Shown: positions 46,226 to 55,272, counted from the first letter of the whole stretch. The stretch: DNA of 63,446 nt, filler included, from 5 parts of 5 records of this genome joined end to end with filler, not necessarily neighbours in it; one strand, 5' to 3'. Translations and numbers: made by a program. Notes: generated by a model not told the origin, from the letters alone.

Positions 46226-48455
46226 CGGCCTCCGCGAGCAAATCGCCAAGATCCCGGGCCGCGCCCGCCGTCCCGACGACGGAGGGGCGGGCGGCCCGGA
46301 TACGGCTGACGATCTCCGTCCGTTTCGCGGGATCGTTGGCGATCTCCGTCGCCTTTGCCGCATAGTCGGCGCGCCCTGAAGCGATGCACTCCTCGACCCC
46401 CATTGTCCGGTACAGCCCCGTGGTCATGCGGCCGCGCATAAAGGCGCTCGGCCAGGTGATCGCGGGCGTTCCGGCGGCAAACCCGCCAAGCGTGGTGTTG
46501 CTGCCGCCGAAATGGATCGGGTCCAGCATGACCTCCGCGGCGCCAAGCAGGCGCATGTAATCGGCTTTCGGCAGGAATGGCACAAACCGCACCCGCTCCA
46601 TATCCGCTCCCAGAGCCGGGGCAAGCCGGGCTTTGACCCGCTTTGTCCATGCGCTGTTCGCGCCTTCGATCAGACCGATAATACCTTTCGGGTCGGCGCG
46701 CAGAATGTCGCCGAGCCAGAGATCGAATTCGGGGTGCAGCTTGAAGAGGTTTTGCGGGCAGAGATAAAGCGGCCGGTCGTCCGGCAGACCAAAATCGGAT
46801 TTCGCGCCAGCCGGCGGGACATGTTCGTCGCGATAGTTCATCGGAATGCTGGGGCTGCGTACCAGACGTTCCGAATAGTGTGCCTCCGCGCCTTCCTCTT
46901 CGAAACAGTCCGGCGAGAGATAGGCATCGATCGTGCTGATGCCGGTGGTCACGGGATGGCCCCAGGTGACCCATTGCACCGGTGCCAGACGGGAGTGGGC
47001 GAGGAAGTAGGTGAATGGCTCCATGCCGATATCGGTATAGAGCAATGCATCGAGGCGGCAGGCCGCCGCACTCTCCGCCGCCCGGGCAATATCCGCCGGC
47101 AGTTCCACAACCTCCTCGAACCGGGCCGCGATCTCCGCCGCCGCCGTATCCCGCAGGCCGGGCGGGCGCAGCAGGGTGAGCGAGAAGCGCTCCCGGTCGA
47201 TCCCGGTCACCAGATCTCCGAACACGGCGCCGATCGTGTGTCCGGCGAGATGTGATGAGCAGATGCCGAGGCGGATTTTCCGGTTGGTGGGAGGCGGGCT
47301 GTCCTCTGCATGAGGCGCAGCGAAGTTCAGCATCGGACAGGCGCGCCTGTAAAAACGGCTGATGCCTTCCGCGAGATCCCGGTCGTTCCGGCCGTGATAG
47401 ACGAGATAGAAGTTGGCGGCGCCGATCTCGGTGAGCGGGTTTCTGAGCGTGATCCGCTCAGCCTCGGGAGAGGCGAGGAAGGCGGCGATCTTGTCCCGCG
47501 CGGCATCGATCTGCGGCAAATCCCGGGGAATAACCGGCAGGGAAAAGGCGCGGCGGACCGCGAAGGCCGGCTCTGACGGAAAGCGTTCACTTGCCGTGAC
47601 GTAAGTGTTCAGCGCGGTCTCGTACTGCCCGGCGCTCAGCTGTGTGTTCGCCAGGTTACGCATGATCTCGGCCTTGTCCGGAGCGGTGGCGAAGGCATGG
47701 CGGTAGAGCGCGATGGCGCGGGCGCTGTCTTTCCGCTCCTGCAGCAGAATGCCGAGATCGTTCAGCAGATCGGCGAGACCGGGGGAGAGGATCAGCGCGC
47801 GCTTGAAGTCCTGCATGGCGTCCGCCGTCCGGCCAATCGCGCGCCGTGCTTGCGCACGGTTGGCGAAGGGTGTGTGACCGGAAGCCTGAAGAATAATGGC
47901 CCGGTCATAGAGCGGCAGGGACTCCGCATGATGACCTTGCCCTTGCAGGTGGAGAGCAAGGTTGTAGAGGGCCGTGAAATCGTCCGGAGTCAGAAGGATT
48001 GCGCGTCTTGATGCTCTGCCCGCTCCCGATGGGTCGCCCGCCTGTTTTTTTGCCGATGCACAGGCATTCCAGAACGTGGCATTGCCTGCCAGGTTGCCGG
48101 ATGCGCTGGCCAGGGCTGAGACCGCCTGGTCTGCCGCGCCGGAATCGATCAGGGCATAGCCGAGATTGAGGCGGAAATCGTGCCGCCCCGGAGCGGCAAC
48201 AAGGGCGCGCTGGATCTGAATGGCGGCGGGTGCCGGATGGCCAGCCTGAAGCATCGCGGTTCCAAGAAGATGCCAGCTATCCGCTTCGGAGGGTAACGCG
48301 CAGAGAACGCGGCGATATCCGCTGACGGCCTCGGAGATCCGCCCGGCTTGATGCAGGCCATGTGCCGCGATCAGCATGTCGCGAATCTGCACGCCGTATC
48401 TCCCTTCCCCTGGGTTGTCCTCGATTGCGGCCAAGTCGCTCGAATCGCTTATCAT
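46200..48455 (-). CDS. TPR-repeat protein with GT41 (OGT/SPINDLY/HMW1C-like) glycosyltransferase domain
   Basis: N-terminal TPRs (WHLLG, LNLG, LYNLA, LNDLG, MRNLA); catalytic half HTIG, DIGMEP, RLAPVQ.VTWGHPVTTG, PQNLFKLHP, LDP..FGGSNT and MRGR. Start uncertain (48455-48530). Confidence 0.87.
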   Translation of the reverse strand: MISDSSDLAAIEDNPGEGRYGVQIRDMLIAAHGLHQAGRISEAVSGYRRVLCALPSEADSWHLLGTAMLQAGHPAPAAIQIQRALVAAPGRHDFRLNLGYALIDSGAADQAVSALASASGNLAGNATFWNACASAKKQAGDPSGAGRASRRAILLTPDDFTALYNLALHLQGQGHHAESLPLYDRAIILQASGHTPFANRAQARRAIGRTADAMQDFKRALILSPGLADLLNDLGILLQERKDSARAIALYRHAFATAPDKAEIMRNLANTQLSAGQYETALNTYVTASERFPSEPAFAVRRAFSLPVIPRDLPQIDAARDKIAAFLASPEAERITLRNPLTEIGAANFYLVYHGRNDRDLAEGISRFYRRACPMLNFAAPHAEDSPPPTNRKIRLGICSSHLAGHTIGAVFGDLVTGIDRERFSLTLLRPPGLRDTAAAEIAARFEEVVELPADIARAAESAAACRLDALLYTDIGMEPFTYFLAHSRLAPVQWVTWGHPVTTGISTIDAYLSPDCFEEEGAEAHYSERLVRSPSIPMNYRDEHVPPAGAKSDFGLPDDRPLYLCPQNLFKLHPEFDLWLGDILRADPKGIIGLIEGANSAWTKRVKARLAPALGADMERVRFVPFLPKADYMRLLGAAEVMLDPIHFGGSNTTLGGFAAGTPAITWPSAFMRGRMTTGLYRTMGVEECIASGRADYAAKATEIANDPAKRTEIVSRIRAARPSVVGTAGAARDLGDLLAEAVSSRSGSR

Positions 48456-48528
48456 GCCGGCATGCCGATGGCGATTCCCGATGACAGGCGCGGCGGTCAT
48501 GGTAGGTTTCGCCGCAAGGGAGTGAAAC

Positions 48529-49281
48529 ATGCAAGACGAGCTGACTTTCCCGCCAATTTACCGTCCCCAACGCCATCAGGCAGGGACGGATATTCTGGCG
48601 GTCGCCGTGGAAGCGGCAAAGGCGGGTGCCGAGCCTGCGAGCCTGTTCTGGGTCGACAGCGCGGACGCGATGTTGTGCGCGGTCGTCCTGGCGCCGGACC
48701 GGCCGCTTTCCGAAAGCCTCGCGGCGGTTCATGTGGCGATGGTCGCGCTCGGTGATTGTCTTGGCGCGCAGGTGCCGCCGCAGGTCGAAGTGATGTTTGG
48801 CTGGCCGGACCGGTTGATCGTCAATGGCGGCCTTGCCGGTGGGGTGCGCCTTACGGTGGACCCGTCCGCATGGGAAAATCTGGCTGATGATCCGGTGCCG
48901 GACTGGACCGTGCTTGCGGTCGAGGTGGCGATGACGCCGCGCGCAGATGCGCCGGAGCCAGGCATGATGCTGCAGCGGACGACATTGTTCGATGAGGGGT
49001 GCGGCGAGTTGACCACGGGCGGCTTGCTGGAGAGTTTCTCGCGGCATTTCCTACTCTGGACCAGCCGCTATGTCTCGGACGGCTTCCGTCCTATCGCCGA
49101 TAACTGGCTGCCGCGTGCGGCAAAGCGTGGCGAGACGGTGGATCTCAGGTTTGGTGGCGGTCAGTGGAAAGGCACCTTGCTCGGGCTCGACGAAAATGGC
49201 GGACTGGTTCTCGGTGAGACGAAAACGCCGTTGGTGCCGTTGACCGATGTGCTGCGCAAGCCAACTTGGTCCCTTGATTGA
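48529..49281 (+). CDS. Biotin/lipoate-protein ligase-like protein (BPL_LplA_LipB_2/DUF4444-like), probably non-catalytic
   Basis: AVVLAP, GWPDRLIVNGG (BirA has KWPND), TTL..EG, LLESFSRHFL and BirA-like C-terminal G.LLGLDENGGL; GGGAG RBS. Confidence 0.75.
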   Translation: MQDELTFPPIYRPQRHQAGTDILAVAVEAAKAGAEPASLFWVDSADAMLCAVVLAPDRPLSESLAAVHVAMVALGDCLGAQVPPQVEVMFGWPDRLIVNGGLAGGVRLTVDPSAWENLADDPVPDWTVLAVEVAMTPRADAPEPGMMLQRTTLFDEGCGELTTGGLLESFSRHFLLWTSRYVSDGFRPIADNWLPRAAKRGETVDLRFGGGQWKGTLLGLDENGGLVLGETKTPLVPLTDVLRKPTWSLD

Positions 49282-49294
49282 AGCAGGCGGATAC

Positions 49295-50326
49295 ATGACA
49301 GTTTTGGACCAATCACGGGATTTCTGGATCAGCTCCGGCCATGCGCTGCTTGACCGGACGGCGGATGGACGGCTTGCCGTCACGGACGATTTCCTGCGCG
49401 CGATCCTGGCCCGGCCCGAGGTGGCGCCGGTGGAGGAATCCTGCGCGACGGAGCGCAGTTTGCACGCCGCTCTTCTTGACGATCCGCGCCGCCCTGTCAG
49501 CGATATGGAGCTTGCAGCCTTCGGCGATCCGGACGGGCGCGAGAATTACCAGATCGTGCTCGGGTTCCGGAATGCGTTGCTGGCCGCAGACAGTCTTGAA
49601 GCCTTCTATCTCTCGACCTTTCTGTCCGGCGACATTTCCATCCCGCCGCTGTTCCTCGATCAGATCGCCCATGTGGTGACGCGCAACATGCTGGAAGGCG
49701 TGAATGATCCGTTCCGGGCACGCGCCGCCGAACTGCTGTTCCGCAGCCAGCGCGTGACGTTACAGGACGGCACGGTGATGTGCGCCGACGAGGAGATCGT
49801 CGACATGCATGCGGCGGGGCAGAGTCAAAGCTCGCTGGAGCGTCTGATTGCGGAGAACGACACGCCGCTGCGCTCTGTCGAGCTGGATGTGCTGACCGAG
49901 GAAAACGCGGAGATCTATTGGGGCCGGAGCGACCGGTTCGACACGGTGCTCGACCTCACCTTTACCCGCCCCGGGCTGGATGCGCTCTGCCGGGTGCTGG
50001 AAAGCTGGACGGCTCATTTCCTTGGCGCCGACGTTTCCGTGACACCGGTGCGCAGCATCCAGGACGAGCGCTGGGTCTGGCATGTCGGCCTCGACGCGAC
50101 CTCGACCGGCATTCTGAACGCGCTCTACAAGGGCGAGGATGTCGGCGAGGAGACGCTGGTCAATCTGATCGCGCTGTTCCGGCTCGAATTCAAGCAACCG
50201 GAAGCCATGCGGGCGGATATCGCCGGGCGTCCGATCTATCTCGGACTGGCGCAGGACGCGAAAGGCGTGCTGCGGATGAAGCCACAAAATCTGCTGGTCA
50301 ATTTACCGCTGGCCGTGCCGGCGTAA
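49295..50326 (+). CDS. Conserved hypothetical protein (DUF6352-like), FDH-cluster associated
   Basis: DFWISSGH.LL, RPEVAPVEESC, PPLFLDQ, W.WHVGLD and MKPQNL.VNLP; family recalled from memory. Confidence 0.7.
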   Translation: MTVLDQSRDFWISSGHALLDRTADGRLAVTDDFLRAILARPEVAPVEESCATERSLHAALLDDPRRPVSDMELAAFGDPDGRENYQIVLGFRNALLAADSLEAFYLSTFLSGDISIPPLFLDQIAHVVTRNMLEGVNDPFRARAAELLFRSQRVTLQDGTVMCADEEIVDMHAAGQSQSSLERLIAENDTPLRSVELDVLTEENAEIYWGRSDRFDTVLDLTFTRPGLDALCRVLESWTAHFLGADVSVTPVRSIQDERWVWHVGLDATSTGILNALYKGEDVGEETLVNLIALFRLEFKQPEAMRADIAGRPIYLGLAQDAKGVLRMKPQNLLVNLPLAVPA

Positions 50327-50352
50327 TGAAACCTGCGTAAGGGAGGAAAGAA

Positions 50353-50559
50353 ATGAACGAAGACATCTTCAACATGAGTGTCCGCAAATTCCTGAAGAAG
50401 GTCGGCGTGACCAGTCAGCGCGAGATCGAGACGGCGATCCGGGCGGCGGTGGAGAACGGTTCTCTGAAGCCGGGCTCGGCAGCGGATGCCAAGGTGGTGC
50501 TTTCCATCCCTGCGGTGGGCCTTGAAGTCACCATCGACGGCACGATCGAGACCGAGTAG
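50353..50559 (+). CDS. Small conserved protein (DUF6494-like)
   Basis: MNEDIFNMSVRKFLKKVGVTSQREIE; strong GGGAGG RBS. Confidence 0.75.
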   Translation: MNEDIFNMSVRKFLKKVGVTSQREIETAIRAAVENGSLKPGSAADAKVVLSIPAVGLEVTIDGTIETE

Positions 50560-50564
50560 CCACC

Positions 50565-50852
50565 ATGACCGCCGAGCCGTTCATCGACAGCTGGCGGGCC
50601 CGCCTTGTCGCGGGGCTGGTTCTGATCCTGGCTGCGTCGTCACTGGTCTACATTCACCGGGAGGACCTGGCCGTGCTCGCGCGTGACGAAGCGGAGAGTG
50701 TCGTACCGGCCAATCCCGAATTGGCGAAATGCCTGTCGGAACGGAACGGCGCAGTTGACCGGATGCTGGCGGAGGGTGTGATCGACGATGCCAAGCACAC
50801 CCTCTTCAAGCAACGTGCCGCCGCCATGTGCCAGGACCGGTTCGGCGGCTGA
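50565..50852 (+). CDS. Small membrane-anchored hypothetical protein with a Cys pair
   Basis: N-terminal hydrophobic helix, then C(LSER)...(AAAM)C; starts 5 nt after the previous stop. Confidence 0.6.
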   Translation: MTAEPFIDSWRARLVAGLVLILAASSLVYIHREDLAVLARDEAESVVPANPELAKCLSERNGAVDRMLAEGVIDDAKHTLFKQRAAAMCQDRFGG

Positions 50853-50873
50853 CAATCCGGTCTGATTGCGGCG

Positions 50874-52904
50874 TCAGTGGATGCTTTCATCCTCATCCGG
50901 AACATTGCCTGCCTGATAGTCTTCTGTCGTGCGGACCATCGGGCGGGCGCCGCCGGCCATCGGATTGCCCGTCTCGAACTGATCGGCGACACGGCAATCC
51001 TCACACATCTGCAGGCGCCGGGCTGCTTCCGGCGTTGCGAACATCGAATGCTTCTCCGCCAGTGTTTTGACGATCCGGTCGATGGTGCTTTTCGCGGCGA
51101 AGGGTTTGTCGCAGCGGACGCAATGGAACGGCTCTTCCTCTTTCATCACCACGGGCGATTTGGCCGCGGTCAGGAAGTTGATCCGGGGTTCCAGCGTGAT
51201 GGCGCTTTCCGGGCAGGTATTCTTGCAAAGACCGCATTGCACGCAGCTGCTTTCCACGAAGGAGAGTTGTGGTGAATCCGGATTGTCGAGCAACGCGCTG
51301 GCCGGGCAGGCGCTGACGCAGGCAAGGCAGAGCGTACAGGCTTCCGTGTCGACATTCACCGCGCCGTAGGGTGCGCCGGGCGGCAGCGCGATGCTGTCGA
51401 CCGGGGTCGGTGCCGCAAGCCGGAGCTGGGCGAGTGCAGTGTCCATGATTTCCCGCTTGCCGCCAAGGGCCAGGAAGAAGCGCGGGGCAACGCCTGCGGA
51501 TCTTTCCATCGACCAGAGTCTTGCCTCGACCGCATCCGGATCGGCCTCGACCAGCAGTTCGACCCGTCCGCTCTCGAAGCCGAGGCCGGTCAGAACTGTT
51601 TCGGCAAGGCCGATCTGGCCCGCCAGCCCGCCGATCTCTTCCTGCTTGCGGGGATGGGCGTGCAGCACGACCCGTCCGGCGCCGAAGGCGAATGCGGCAG
51701 CGAGGAAATCGAGGCCGATCTGGGTCACCTGCGTCACCGCGAACGGGATCACGTGAGCGGGCAGGCCGCGCCCGAACCGGGCCGACATGTCGATCATCGC
51801 GTTACCGTCGGTGGTATCGTGGATCAAGAGGGCGGCATCGCGGCCGCCGGCATCCGCATAGGTTTGCATCAGTACGGACAGACGCTCGACCAGATTTGTG
51901 GTTGGCGGGAAGGCGTAATGCGCGGCGCCGGTCGGGCAGACTGAATTACAGGAGCCGCAGCCGCCGCAGATATGCGCATCGAAGGCGACGACATCGCCGT
52001 CAGAGCTGATGGCGCCTGCCGGGCAGATATCGATACAGCGCGAACAGCCGGTCTTGCGGCTGCGGGAATGGGCGCAGAGATCGGCTTTGAAATCGACATA
52101 ACGTGGTTTTGCGAATTCGCCGACCATGTCCGAAAGCTCGAACAGGGCCTTCTGCACCGCGACCGGATCGCCCGGATCGGGGCGGAAATAGCCGTCGCGC
52201 TTGTCATGGCCGGTGAAAAGCGGGGTCTCTCCGGTCAGATCGAGAATGAGGTCGCATTTCGAGACGGCGCCGTTCTGCGGCCGTTCGAAGGAGAAGGCGT
52301 CGCGGCTTGCTGGATTGGCCGGGGCGTAATCGTCGACGCTGATCTCGAAAGCGCCGAGATACCCGGCCGAGCGGATGATCCGCCCATGGAAGACCGGCAC
52401 ATCCATGACGGAAGGCGGAACGATCCCGGCGCTGTCCTTCAGCAGCAGGGTGACGTCGAGCCGCTCCGAGAGCTGCCGGGCAGCATCGAGGGCGGACTGA
52501 TCCTTGCCATAAACCAGGCAGATGCCGTCGGAGGAGAGAGACACCTGTGTTGTTGGCGTTCCCGCGACCGAGGCCTCCGCGATCAGGGCGGCGATCTTCG
52601 GCCCGGCTTGTGACGCTTCCTCGGACCAGCCGGCCCGCTCCCGGATATTGACGAAGGTCAAAGCCTCCTCGTCCAGCCCTGCTTCCTGTCCGATTTCACG
52701 GAAAAGCGGTGCTTCCTGGGTGCAGCAGACAGTCAGCGGCGTGCCCACCGCTGCCGCATCGCGAAAATTTCCGAGCTGGGATCGGCACAGGGCGGAATGG
52801 ATGAAGGGAGCCGTCCCGCCTTGCGCAACCGCGCTCGAGACGGACTCCGAGGGCATGGTCTGATTGCAATTGCAGACCAGCAGCCGCCCGCTTTCGGTGG
52901 CCAT
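50874..52904 (-). CDS. Multi-[4Fe-4S] polyferredoxin with HdrA-N-like domain
   Basis: Ferredoxin motifs CAHSRSRKTGCSRCIDICP, CGGCGSCNSVCP, CTLCLACVSACP and CVQCGLCKNTCP; C-terminal CVRC..CEDC; N-terminal CNC..LCR..CCTQEAPLF..VNIRERAGWS. AGGAG RBS before 52904. Confidence 0.88.
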   Translation of the reverse strand: MATESGRLLVCNCNQTMPSESVSSAVAQGGTAPFIHSALCRSQLGNFRDAAAVGTPLTVCCTQEAPLFREIGQEAGLDEEALTFVNIRERAGWSEEASQAGPKIAALIAEASVAGTPTTQVSLSSDGICLVYGKDQSALDAARQLSERLDVTLLLKDSAGIVPPSVMDVPVFHGRIIRSAGYLGAFEISVDDYAPANPASRDAFSFERPQNGAVSKCDLILDLTGETPLFTGHDKRDGYFRPDPGDPVAVQKALFELSDMVGEFAKPRYVDFKADLCAHSRSRKTGCSRCIDICPAGAISSDGDVVAFDAHICGGCGSCNSVCPTGAAHYAFPPTTNLVERLSVLMQTYADAGGRDAALLIHDTTDGNAMIDMSARFGRGLPAHVIPFAVTQVTQIGLDFLAAAFAFGAGRVVLHAHPRKQEEIGGLAGQIGLAETVLTGLGFESGRVELLVEADPDAVEARLWSMERSAGVAPRFFLALGGKREIMDTALAQLRLAAPTPVDSIALPPGAPYGAVNVDTEACTLCLACVSACPASALLDNPDSPQLSFVESSCVQCGLCKNTCPESAITLEPRINFLTAAKSPVVMKEEEPFHCVRCDKPFAAKSTIDRIVKTLAEKHSMFATPEAARRLQMCEDCRVADQFETGNPMAGGARPMVRTTEDYQAGNVPDEDESIH

Positions 52905-53024
52905 ATATCTCTCTCCTGTGCGCTTTCTATGTTTGAGTCTTTTCGGCGCGCACTTTTGATACACATATTTGCAACACGGGAGCGCCGGGGCAATGACCCC
53001 GAGCGGAGAATCCAAGGAGTGGAA

Positions 53025-53570
53025 ATGGAACGCAGCCGGACAATCCCGGTTGGACTGGTGCTGGAGCGCCGGAAAATCGACAATCCGTGGCAGAATTATC
53101 GCTGGAACGCAGTCTCCGTGATCGTTGGGGCGCCGGACGTCGGAGAGTGGACTTTGCTCGAGCAGGGGCTGGATTTCGAGCGCTATCACGCAGCAACACT
53201 GCCGCTGACCCTGTACCGAAAGGAGACTGAGTCCTACAAGGTGAACCTGTCGGGCCAGCCGTCGGTCTATGTCGTGCTGCGGAACAATGACGACCCGGAC
53301 TCGCCGTACGAGGTTTACCCCTTTCTGGCGACGGCCTCGGCCTATGAAGCGCAGGATTATCTGGATTCAGGCGAGGAGACTGTCGAGAGTGTGCCGATGC
53401 CCGAGGGTCTGATCGCCTGGGTGCAGGATTTCTGCGATACGCATCATGAGGACGAGGTGTTCATCAAGCGCAAGCGCAGCGATCACCGTCATGAGCAGGA
53501 AAAGTTCGCCCGCCAGCCCAGGGTCGATGACGGCGGGCGGCGCATGCCGGGGAGACGCCGCCTTGACTGA
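53025..53570 (+). CDS. DUF3305-like protein
   Basis: PVGLVLERR...NPW...W, L.LYRKETESYKVNL, TASAYEAQ, VPMP and FIKRKR; AAGGAG RBS. Confidence 0.8.
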   Translation: MERSRTIPVGLVLERRKIDNPWQNYRWNAVSVIVGAPDVGEWTLLEQGLDFERYHAATLPLTLYRKETESYKVNLSGQPSVYVVLRNNDDPDSPYEVYPFLATASAYEAQDYLDSGEETVESVPMPEGLIAWVQDFCDTHHEDEVFIKRKRSDHRHEQEKFARQPRVDDGGRRMPGRRRLD

Positions 53571-54216
53571 CGCTCACGACGATGGCGATGGAAACTTTCT
53601 GGCACGCTGGTCCAGGCGCAAGGACTCTGCCCGGATTGCCGAAACGGCCACACCCCGCGAAAAACGCGGCGGCGCGGCGCCTGTTCTCCCCGAGGAGGCG
53701 CCGGAGGATCAGCTCCCGGCTCTGGTCACCGGAGACGAGCGCGCCCTGACGGAAGAGGAGCAGGAGCTGGTCGACGGCCTGCCGGATATCGAAACGCTCG
53801 ATGCGGAGAGTGATTTCACGCCATTCATGCAGAGCAAGGTTCCCGAGTTTCTGCGCCGGCGCGCCTTGCGGGCTCTGTGGCGCAGCAATCCGCTGCTGGC
53901 GAATGTCGACGGTCTGGTCGATTACGGCGAGGATTTCACTGATTCGGCCATGGTGATTGAAGGCATGCAGACGGCCTACCGGGTCGGCAAGGGGTTCATG
54001 ACCGACGAGGAGCTTGCCGAAAACGCCAGGGAGGATGACGCCGGGGCTGACGGTGCCGATGCTGAAAATGAGCCGGATGATGAGGAAGAGGCGCGGCGCG
54101 TGTCTGCTGCCGAAAGGGCAGAAACCGGGGCGGATATGGATCCCGCGCCTGACGCCGGCGATGACGGCCAGGCCGAAATCGATGACGATGAGGTTGGTGA
54201 CGGCGACCTCGAATAA
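53563..54216 (+). CDS. DUF3306-like protein with acidic tail
   Basis: FLARWSRRK, LPDIETL..SDFTPFM, RRALRALW and DGLVDYGEDFT; TTG start overlapping the DUF3305 stop. Confidence 0.8.
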   Translation: MTDAHDDGDGNFLARWSRRKDSARIAETATPREKRGGAAPVLPEEAPEDQLPALVTGDERALTEEEQELVDGLPDIETLDAESDFTPFMQSKVPEFLRRRALRALWRSNPLLANVDGLVDYGEDFTDSAMVIEGMQTAYRVGKGFMTDEELAENAREDDAGADGADAENEPDDEEEARRVSAAERAETGADMDPAPDAGDDGQAEIDDDEVGDGDLE

Positions 54217-54388
54217 CGCGTGGTGTTCTTCGCAGGGTGGAAAACCTTTGCCGTACCGGCTGCGTCCATATGGACTTATGGAGTTGGCAGGCGTACTTTA
54301 ACGATTCTAAGAACGGTACTAAACCGTTGTAACAACGAAGCTTGCGATTCCCATCGGTTTACGCGGGCACGTTTGGGAGAGTGGGTCG

Positions 54389-54991
54389 GTGACAGAGACC
54401 GCCCGGAGTCTGGTGTCTGAAGAAGACGCCGTCAGAGCGCATTGGTACGGTTTGCTTGCGCATTTCCTTGCGCGGCCGCCGCATCAGGAGAGCCTTGAGC
54501 TCGCCCGTGGCCTTGAAGGGGACGACACGCCGCTTGGCAAGTCCGTCGCCGCCTTCGCGGCTGCGGCGCGTGCGGCGACTGTCGAGACCGCCGACGCGGA
54601 ATTCCACAAACTGTTTTACGGAGTCGGGCGCGGTGAACTTGTTCCCCACGGCTCCTTCTATCTGACAGGTTTCCTGAACGAAAAACCCCTGGCCGAGCTT
54701 CGTAAGGATCTCGCGCAACTCGGTGTTGCCCGTGCCGACGATGTGAAAGAGCCGGAAGATCACGTTGCCGCACTGTGCGATGTGATGGCCGGGATGATCC
54801 GCGGCGATTTTGGCCCCGCCTGCCATCTTAAGCGCCAGGCCGAGTTTTTCGACCAGCACGTGGCGTCGTGGGCCGTGAAGTTTTTCGAAGATCTCGAAGG
54901 CGCCAAGGCGTCCACTCTTTACATGCCGCTCGGCGCTATCGGGCGGCAGTTCATGGAGATCGAGATCGAGTCGTTCCGGATGCTCGACTAG
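54389..54991 (+). CDS. TorD/DmsD-family molybdoenzyme chaperone
   Basis: RAHWYGLLA, EFHKLFYG, P.GSFYLTG, EPEDH and FFDQHVASW; GGGAG RBS with GTG start. Confidence 0.9.
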   Translation: MTETARSLVSEEDAVRAHWYGLLAHFLARPPHQESLELARGLEGDDTPLGKSVAAFAAAARAATVETADAEFHKLFYGVGRGELVPHGSFYLTGFLNEKPLAELRKDLAQLGVARADDVKEPEDHVAALCDVMAGMIRGDFGPACHLKRQAEFFDQHVASWAVKFFEDLEGAKASTLYMPLGAIGRQFMEIEIESFRMLD

Positions 54992-55077
54992 GGCGCCGGC
55001 GATACTTTCCCGCAGCCGGGCACGGGCCGGCGGCGGATCGGCATATAGGACCCGTGCGGAGCAGAACGGAGTTGGAG

Positions 55078-55272
55078 ATGGCGAAATCAAAAAAGCCCGA
55101 ATCCACACGCCGTGATTTCCTGAAATTGTCGGGCATCGGCGCTGCCGCCGGTGCTGCGGCAATTGCCGGGGCGCAGAAACCTGCCGAGGCCGCATCGCGG
55201 CCCGAAAAGGTCAGTGCCGGCTACAGGGAAACCGCGCATGTGAAGACGGCCTACGCTCTGTCGCGCTTCTAG
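55078..55272 (+). CDS. FDH-region twin-arginine mini-protein (64 aa)
   Basis: STRRDFLK Tat motif, Ala-rich h-region, AEA cleavage site, C-terminal GYRETAHVKTAY; GGAG RBS. Confidence 0.85.
   Translation: MAKSKKPESTRRDFLKLSGIGAAAGAAAIAGAQKPAEAASRPEKVSAGYRETAHVKTAYALSRF

Noticed and set aside
52956-52969. FNR box in the polyferredoxin/DUF3305 divergent region
   Set aside because: TTGAT-ACAC-ATATT matches only one half-site of TTGAT-N4-ATCAA.
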